Origin: an uncultured Planctomycetota bacterium
Lineage (GTDB): Bacteria > Planctomycetota > Planctomycetia > Isosphaerales > Isosphaeraceae
Assembly (NCBI GenBank): GCA_963823665.1
Contig: CAWGMQ010000008.1
Span: 160,001 to 224,000 of the forward strand
Length of the DNA: 64,000 nt
Reading direction: 5' to 3'
In this document: positions 31,021 through 37,709 of the stretch, one piece after another
Numbering within the stretch: position 1 is the stretch's first letter
Layout of the letters: every line of letters starts with the position of its first letter
Program-made: the position numbers and the translations under genes
Notes under the pieces: model-generated
The model's input: only the letters and a program-made list of their open reading frames with translations
Databases searched by the model: none
What the model was told of the DNA's origin: nothing

Positions 31021-32580
31021 GTGAACGTTGCATTCGAGCTTTCTGGCAGCCCAGGCACACAGATCGATACCTTGGCAGCAGTCGTGTTGCGCAATCCGAC
31101 CGAAGTTGACTACATCTTGGCCCTATGCGATGTGCTGCCGAGCGAACCAAAGTACCCGCTCTGGTCGATCTATCACGCACTTTACGCGGAGCGGAGGAGG
31201 GAGTCATCGCCGATTGCTCAGCACCACAGCGATCAGCCGCGGACCGAGCAGCCAGAAATCAGTGATGATAAAACAAACGCGAGAGATGACTTGGTCGCAG
31301 CGATCAGGTTAGCACGCGACGTGTGGGAGAAATCAATCGCGGAAGAGCAGACAGAGGCGTCAGGTGACCTGCGAATGTTGGTAGCGGTCTGTCCCCCGCT
31401 GCAAGACGAGATAGAATGCCAGAGCGAGTTGCCATGGTTGATCATGGATCATGGCTCGATTCGCGCGCGCCTTCTCTGGGGAGCATGGAAAGCCACAGAT
31501 TTCGCTGTATGTTTGTTCTTAAATCGTGGCATCGCACCATCGAAGTGGTCAGACGAGATGGCGAGGGAACTCCGACGCCGAGCGCACAGACGCCAACCGG
31601 CGCCGCGCAACTTGATCCCTGTCCAACAGCTGCGAGCGAGCGACCTTGGGGGGTGCTGCGGGATTATCGTGTTCGTGCACGGCCTCCTATCTACTGACCT
31701 AGGAACCTTCGATGCCGCGATCGATCGCCTGGAACAGAATCTTGCTTTTCGGAATCGTGTGTTAATGGTCGGATTCCCGCACGACACCATGAAGGGTATC
31801 TGGGTAAATGCACAAGAGCTCGCTGGATATTTGGATCATTTGAGTCGGCGAAATCTCGATCGGCCGCCGACGGTCGCATTCGTGTGCCATTCACGAGGAG
31901 GATTAGTGGCGCGAGCTACCGCGGCATACCTGCACACGAGACCATCCATCTGGAATTGGAAGCAGCAGCTCCGGGGCTGCGTCACATTCGGCACGCCTCA
32001 CCTGGGGGCGCAGCTCGCCGAAGCGCCTCGTGAGATGATCGGTACTGTGGTCGTCGCACAGACACTGCTGGGAACCGGACGCTTTGCCAACGCGTGGGAT
32101 GCGCTGCACTACGTTGCGCGACGTGAACCTACCGGAATTCTCGACATGCGACCGGCCCAGAGTACTCAAGACTTTTTGCATCAACTTGTCGACTGGGAGT
32201 ACACGGCACTGACGCCGGATCGCGAACGCGCTCTAGAGGTTCTAGCCGTCGGAGGTTGCGTGCCTCCAGGGGCAGGCGGCGATTTGCAGAGAATCACGAA
32301 TCGTGCCTTGGCCGGGACCGACAATGACTTAGTCGTACAGTCTGATTCGACGATGCCATATTGGAGTCAGGGCGCGAATCAGCGGAATTGCGACCATTTC
32401 CATTACTTCACTCCCGAGGAGGCTGCAGATTCAAACCACTTTGGCTCGGTTGAGCGCTTTCTGAAGAACGTGCTCGATTTGGACAATTGTCCTTATGACC
32501 GTCCCGATCAGATCGTGGTTGGCGAAGACACGGTCAAAATCGGTCGCGTGAAGGTTCCGAGGAATCGGGCCCGTCGCTAG
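31021..32580 (+). CDS. Alpha/beta hydrolase (lipase/PGAP1-like) with unassigned N-terminal domain
   Basis: VFVHGL, CHSRGGL nucleophile elbow, TFGTPHLG, NDLVV, CDHFHYF. Confidence 0.75.
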   Translation: MNVAFELSGSPGTQIDTLAAVVLRNPTEVDYILALCDVLPSEPKYPLWSIYHALYAERRRESSPIAQHHSDQPRTEQPEISDDKTNARDDLVAAIRLARDVWEKSIAEEQTEASGDLRMLVAVCPPLQDEIECQSELPWLIMDHGSIRARLLWGAWKATDFAVCLFLNRGIAPSKWSDEMARELRRRAHRRQPAPRNLIPVQQLRASDLGGCCGIIVFVHGLLSTDLGTFDAAIDRLEQNLAFRNRVLMVGFPHDTMKGIWVNAQELAGYLDHLSRRNLDRPPTVAFVCHSRGGLVARATAAYLHTRPSIWNWKQQLRGCVTFGTPHLGAQLAEAPREMIGTVVVAQTLLGTGRFANAWDALHYVARREPTGILDMRPAQSTQDFLHQLVDWEYTALTPDRERALEVLAVGGCVPPGAGGDLQRITNRALAGTDNDLVVQSDSTMPYWSQGANQRNCDHFHYFTPEEAADSNHFGSVERFLKNVLDLDNCPYDRPDQIVVGEDTVKIGRVKVPRNRARR

Positions 32581-32912
32581 AGGACTGTAGTTCCCGCGTC
32601 GCCAAAGCCCACGACGGCGGAGCCACAGGCCCCGCGCGAGCACGCACGACGGTGAAACATCGCCGCGGAATCGGCGGAGAGAGGAAGACCATTCAAACCG
32701 GATCGAGCCACAAGAACGCCGGAACTTTCAGCCGAGCCAAAGAGTCGTGAGTATGCGGTCTTCTTTAGTCGTTTACGGCGAGCTGTCGATTTTGATCTGT
32801 TAACCGGTTAGGACGTCGCGTGATCCAGCATCAGAACGACGGGAGTTACGGTCGCTTTATCACTCCGGCAGCTTCACGAAGAACCCCCGCACTTCGGAGT
32901 TGGGGGTCAGAT

Positions 32913-32969
32913 CGGACCCCACAGCCCGGACCCCACAGGGCGCCGCAGTCCCCAGGCCGGACCCCACAG
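32913..32969. repeat. Three direct copies of CGGACCCCACAG
   Basis: Exact 12-mers at 32913, 32927 and 32958. Confidence 0.8.
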
Positions 32970-33110
32970 GCCGAATGGCTGTCGGCCAGGATCAGGCCAA
33001 CCAGTACATCAAGAGCCACTCGCCCGAAGAGCAGCAGGATGTCATGATCGGGACGGTGTAGATGTCCCGATTCGAAGTTCCCCTGATCCTCTGTATCGAC
33101 GACGATGATG

Positions 33111-33530
33111 TCAGTGACGCGGTGACTGAACGCCAGGAAAAAGCCCGGCTCGGATCAGTAGGCGGCGGACCTCGACGCGCTCGGGAGCGTTCATGACCAG
33201 GACATCGATCGTCGTTCGTCCGATGGCGGTTCGGCCTGTGAGCACCGGGCCAACCCAGGCGAAATGCTCTTCCCAAATATCCTGCCGGGGGTGGAACAGT
33301 CGGGTCAACAACCCTGTGTCGGGGTCGAGGCCGCCGATATTCGGCCCCTTGTGGAGGTTGTCATTCAGGCAGGACAATGCCAAGTTTTCGGCGACCGTAG
33401 GCCCGTGGTGTTGCTCGGCAATGACGTGGTCGATCTGGAAGGGCAGAGCGTCGAGCGATTGCGGCAGCCGACAATACTCGCAGGCGCTTTGGGCGCGGTC
33501 CCAAACCAAACGTTTGAGCGCCTCATTCAT
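33111..33530 (-). CDS. HNH endonuclease
   Basis: CEYC, QIDHVIAEQHHG, NLALSCLNDNLHKG, LFHPRQDIWEEHF. Confidence 0.9.
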   Translation of the reverse strand: MNEALKRLVWDRAQSACEYCRLPQSLDALPFQIDHVIAEQHHGPTVAENLALSCLNDNLHKGPNIGGLDPDTGLLTRLFHPRQDIWEEHFAWVGPVLTGRTAIGRTTIDVLVMNAPERVEVRRLLIRAGLFPGVQSPRH

Positions 33531-33555
33531 TGCGTCAGAAGGCAGGGAAAGAGGG

Positions 33556-33822
33556 CTAGGCCAAGGCGCAGCGAGCCTTGGCGTGGATCAGATTGAGGAA
33601 GTTGCCGACGCGCACGTAACGCTCCAATAGCGCGCGTTCGGACGGCGCGATGGCGCCCTTGCGGTTCTTCTCCGCCAGTTCGTTCATGCGTGCGACCGCG
33701 GCAGGATTGAACCGAAATCCGAGCAGCGCTCGCGCAGCCTCAGGCGACAACCCGGCGGTGTCGGATTGAATGACCTGTTCAAGGATCTCGCTTTCTGTCT
33801 CAAGAGTGGCTGTATCGCTCAT
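33556..33822 (-). CDS. Small helical protein upstream of the HNH gene (possible antitoxin-like partner)
   Basis: MSDTATLETESEILEQVI...ARMNELAEKNRKGAIAPSERALLERYVRVG; co-oriented, 25 bp from the HNH start. Confidence 0.7.
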   Translation of the reverse strand: MSDTATLETESEILEQVIQSDTAGLSPEAARALLGFRFNPAAVARMNELAEKNRKGAIAPSERALLERYVRVGNFLNLIHAKARCALA

Positions 33823-33989
33823 GGCATCAGTATACCGCGGGGCGGGAACCAACGACAAGCGCGTGATTGAGCGTCCTCGAACCTGTCAATGGTTGACGAA
33901 GCTCCCCCCATTGACGTGATCGTTGGAGGCCGGTCGGGCCGCTTGGAGCGCCCGCGAAGCTCCACGCCGCCCACTACCGGCCATTCGAC

Positions 33990-34056
33990 CACCGAAGGTG
34001 GGACCTGAACCCACACCCTCTTGCGAGGACCGGATTTTGAGTCCGGTACGTCTGCC
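33990..34056 (-). pseudogene. 5'-truncated tRNA-Leu(CAA), part of att-like unit C (33990-34195)
   Basis: GGCAGACGTACCGGA-CTCAAAA-TCCGG-TCCTCGCAAGAGGGT-GTGGG-TTCAGGT-CCCAC-CTTCGGT; the 5' acceptor strand is absent; same flank and TGTTCCCAA pair (34176, 34187) as unit B. Confidence 0.85.
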
Positions 34057-34334
34057 ATACTCGTGGTATTGGAAACACGTTGCGGTGATACTTAAAGGCT
34101 TTGATTGCAGGGCAGTTACGATACTGACCCTGACGCACGTACATTGTAGCCGCATTGGGCTGATATTGCCAATCCTGTTCCCAATTTGTTCCCAAATCGG
34201 CCTGCCAGTTGACACCTGACTATCTAGGTGGGGCGGCAGCGCATCATGGTCGCCGACGCGATGTCGGGGGGGGCTCAAAGTGCATTCAGCGGGGAGGGTC
34301 ACCGCCAGTTAGGACCTGGCGGTTCGCGTAAGAA

Positions 34335-34365
34335 GTCGAGGCGGCGGGAATTGCACCCGCGTCCC
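34335..34365 (-). other. tmRNA 3'-end-like fragment (att scar) followed by a hairpin
   Basis: GGGACGCGGGTGCAATTCCCGCCGCCTCGA resembles the ssrA T-arm and acceptor end; ACCGCCAG-N7-CTGGCGGT lies just downstream (34301-34323). Confidence 0.6.
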
Positions 34366-34664
34366 ACGTGACGCAACGTCTGACGCCTTCCCTCAGGGAA
34401 GCGATCATGGAACTGGTGCGAGGCGCGTGAGTCTTTGTAAGCAGGTTGATGGCGATAGAATCCGACGCTTCTGCTACAATGCCCTAGCAGTCGCAGTGTT
34501 CCAGTGTATACTATCGGCGATGATAGCGCGCTTCGCGGTATCTCAAGCCCTTACGCCGCATCATGGTATGCTCGATGCTGGTCTAGGGCTATGACGAGCC
34601 GAGCGTGATGGGAAGAACACTGCGCGACTTAGCGGGTCGCGTGCTTTCGCTGGGAGTACGGGAC

Positions 34665-35796
34665 GTGGCTGACACATTCTTCGAGGAGCAGACCGAGCAG
34701 TCACTCGTCAAGGCAGAGATCATCTCAAAATACTTCTGGGCTTGGGCCAAGGTGATCATAGGCGCAGAAACGTTACGCTGATCGCTCCGACGGCCGGATC
34801 GCCTATATCGATCTTTTTGCGGGGCCGGGGCGCTACCGAAGCGGGGCGAAGACTACTCCAGTGATGGTCATCGAGCAGGCGATTCGGGAGCCCGACCTCT
34901 GCGAACGGCTGGTGTGCGTGTTCAACGATAAAGATGGTGATAACACCAGTTCGCTGCAAACGGCAATAGCCGAGTTGCCCGGCATCGAGAAGATGAAGTT
35001 TCGACCGCATGTTGAAACCGGCGAGGTCGGCGAGCAGGTGGTGCGCCGTTTCGAGGCAATGTCTTTGGTGCCGACATTTTTCTTCGTTGACCCCTTCGGC
35101 TATAAGGGCCTGTCGCTTCGGCTCGTGAACTCAGTGCTCAAGGATTGGGGCTGCGACTGCGTATTCTTCTTCAACTATAACCGTATAAACATGGGTCTTG
35201 GAAACGCTGCGGTTGAGGAGCACATGGACGCGCTTTTTGGCAAGGTGCGGGCCGACTCGCTTCGCTCCAAATTCAAGCTCCAGGTCAAGCCGGGCGAACG
35301 CGAAGCTTTCATCCTTGAAGAGCTAACCAAGGCGATGAAAGAGATGGGCGGCCAATTCGTGCTTCCATTCCGCTTTCGGAACGAAGAAGGCTCACGCACT
35401 ACTCACCACCTGATTTTCGTCACGAAGCACTTTCGCGGGTACGACATCATGAAGGGGATCATGGCTGGATACGGAAGCGTAGCCGATCAGGGCGTTATGC
35501 GGCTCGAATACAGCCCGGCCGACTCAAGGACACCGTTGCTGTTCAATTTCTACAGGCCGCTTGACGACCTTGAAGATATGCTGTTATGTGAGTATCAAGG
35601 AAAGACGGTCGGATTTAAGGAGCTTTACGAAGCGCACAGTGTTGGGAAGAGTTACATCGCGAAGAATTACCGCGAACTGCTTTGCCGCATGGAAGCTGCT
35701 GGCAAGATCAAAATGGAGCCGCCGTGTCCGCCTCGGCGAAAGGGAACCGTCGCTGAACACGTGCGAATCACTTTTCCAAGGAAGGGAGCAGGATGA
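34665..35796 (+). CDS. tcmP: Three-Cys-motif partner protein (TcmP family, SAM-binding fold), one indel near 34765
   Basis: MADTFFEEQTEQSLVKAEIISKYFWAWAKVI then IAYIDLFAGPGRY and FFFVDPFGY; ATGA overlap with the DUF5131 gene. Confidence 0.8.
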
Positions 35797-36653
35797 GCGC
35801 CACATCATCAATCGAATGGACGGATGCGACATGGAACCCCGTGCGCGGATGCACCAAAATCAGCCCAGGCTGCAAACACTGCTATGCGGAGACTTTTGCT
35901 GAGCGGTTCCGGGGCGTGCCGGGCCATCCCTATGAACAGGGCTTCGACCTGAAGCTCGTGCCACAGAAACTCTCCGAGCCACTCAAATGGACATCGCCGA
36001 AGACGATCTTCGTCAACTCAATGAGCGACCTCTTTCAGGACGGCGTACCTGACTCGTTCGTCCAGCAGGTTGCGCAGGTCATGCAGTTTGCCAACTGGCA
36101 CACATATCAGGTATTGAGCAAGCGCGCCGAGCACATGCGAAACATGCTCAGAGGGGCGCTTGCATTCGCCTCGCGCTCCGATCATATCTGGTGGGGGGTC
36201 AGCGTTGAGGACCGAAAATACGGCCTGCCAAGGATCGATGCTCTGCGTGACGCGCCAGTCGCTCTGAGATTCCTGTCGGTCGAGCCGCTTTTGGAGGATC
36301 TCGGCGAGATCAATCTGGAAGGAATCCATTGGGTGATCGTGGGCGGCGAAAGCGGCCACGGGGCTCGGCGGATGAAGGAGGAATGGGTTATTCGCATTCG
36401 CGAACAGTGCCGTTCCGCTAATGTGCCGTTCTTCTTCAAGCAATGGGGTGGTGTCCGCAAGTCAGAGGCCGGTCGCGTACTCGAAGGGCGCACCTACGAT
36501 GATATGCCAACACGTAAGACTACGAGATTACCTGCGAATCAGGCACGACTGGCTTTCATCGAACAGGTGGAGCTGTGGGCGGCGGATTATGGGCCGCTGG
36601 TCCCGCAGGCCGATCTCTTGGGCGGTCTCGAGCGTCAGCCGATGTTGTTCTAA
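35793..36653 (+). CDS. DUF5131 (phage Gp37/Gp68) family protein
   Basis: SIEWTDATWNPVRGCTKISPGCKHCYAE, FVNSMSDLF, WVIVGGESG, FFFKQWGG. Confidence 0.93.
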   Translation: MSATSSIEWTDATWNPVRGCTKISPGCKHCYAETFAERFRGVPGHPYEQGFDLKLVPQKLSEPLKWTSPKTIFVNSMSDLFQDGVPDSFVQQVAQVMQFANWHTYQVLSKRAEHMRNMLRGALAFASRSDHIWWGVSVEDRKYGLPRIDALRDAPVALRFLSVEPLLEDLGEINLEGIHWVIVGGESGHGARRMKEEWVIRIREQCRSANVPFFFKQWGGVRKSEAGRVLEGRTYDDMPTRKTTRLPANQARLAFIEQVELWAADYGPLVPQADLLGGLERQPMLF

Positions 36654-36710
36654 CGTAAGCAATTGGTGATGCCGACACAGCCGGTCATGGGCGGACGCGT
36701 ATGTTCGAGT

Positions 36711-36814
36711 AGACCCGCTGGGGATTTGAACCCCAATCTCCCCCTTCAGCAAGGCACCGCGCCGAGCACGATGCACTGCTGGAGGGGGGCACTCTACCAT
36801 TGAGCTAACGGGTC
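36711..36814 (-). ncRNA. tRNA-like RNA with a long hairpin replacing the anticodon loop
   Basis: GACCCGT/GCGGGTC acceptor stem, TA, GCTC-AATGGTA-GAGT D-arm, CCCCC/GGGGG stem enclosing 40 nt, AGAT, TGGGG-TTCAAAT-CCCCA T-arm, discriminator T; no encoded CCA. Confidence 0.8.
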
Positions 36815-37605
36815 TCAGCAACTACGAGCTGGCTAACCTTCGCAGCTCGAATCGTGGAAATACTGTACCGCTCGCGGAGGAACCCGGCCACCGCGTGCTC
36901 ACGTCGGTCGGGGCTTTGGTGAAGCGATTTCAACTTGCTCATCAAATGAGCGTTATCCAGAGCCGAGGCAACCAGTTCGTCATCCGTTGGGTTCGTCGCG
37001 GCACAAAGCTTTGCCGCGAGCTGCTTGAGGGATCTCGTGAAAAGCACGAAATCATCAAACGCCGACTCCTCAAAGAAATTCGGGGCGCACAGCGTATTGT
37101 AAGGAGACTGCGAAACCCGCGCTCGAAGTTCGGTACAGCTCCTCTTATGACGCTTTCGCTGGTCACCTTCGGGGTCGTGCATGATGAAGTTTCGTGCGAG
37201 ACGATAGTATTGGAAGACATCGTACTCGAGCTGGCCGACTTGGTTTGTGGTGACATCAAAGGCAGCGAGCGTCGCCGTAAGAGCGTCCTCGTCGGCATCA
37301 CGAGAAAACTGGACCCTGCGAGGGTGCGTTTTCCGGAAGCGCCGGAAGAATTGCTCCGCCTGTTGATAGACGGCAAGTAATTGAAGCTGAGAGCATCTAG
37401 TCCGTAGATCGGAGAGGTCAATTAAGTTCACGTGTATGCCATGGCGGACCGCGAGTTGTTCGACGGCTTCGTGGCCCTCCGATTCGTCAATGCGTTGGAC
37501 CTCCCGGACGCCAACCTCAATCCATTCGACGACAGCGTCGGACTCTCCAAGGGTCTTAACCAGTGACCTGTAAGCTGGCGAACGAAAATCGGCTGGATGG
37601 GGCAT
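36805..37605 (-). CDS. Putative HEPN-domain ribonuclease
   Basis: Predominantly helical 266-aa protein with RNFIMH (R-X4-H) and an upstream LLAVYQQAEQFF helix; follows Res in the same direction. Confidence 0.6.
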   Translation of the reverse strand: MPHPADFRSPAYRSLVKTLGESDAVVEWIEVGVREVQRIDESEGHEAVEQLAVRHGIHVNLIDLSDLRTRCSQLQLLAVYQQAEQFFRRFRKTHPRRVQFSRDADEDALTATLAAFDVTTNQVGQLEYDVFQYYRLARNFIMHDPEGDQRKRHKRSCTELRARVSQSPYNTLCAPNFFEESAFDDFVLFTRSLKQLAAKLCAATNPTDDELVASALDNAHLMSKLKSLHQSPDRREHAVAGFLRERYSISTIRAAKVSQLVVAETR

Positions 37606-37709
37606 AGCGTTTCTCTTACTTTCATCGACTCCTAAGCAGAAATCCGTTTTATGGCGTTCCTGACGATCTTCTTCTGGCGATGCTTGTGATTACCCATATT
37701 CACTCTGGT

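Noticed and set aside
33990..34075. Functional tRNA-Leu(CAA)
   Set aside because: The 5' acceptor strand and first D-stem strand are missing, so no cloverleaf can close.
34335..34700. Full-length tmRNA
   Set aside because: Only the 3' T-arm/acceptor-like segment is present; I see no matching 5' end or tag frame.
36711..36814. Group I or archaeal-type intron in a normal tRNA, or a retron ncRNA
   Set aside because: The insert is only 33 nt, no bulge-helix-bulge is evident and there is no reverse transcriptase in the window.
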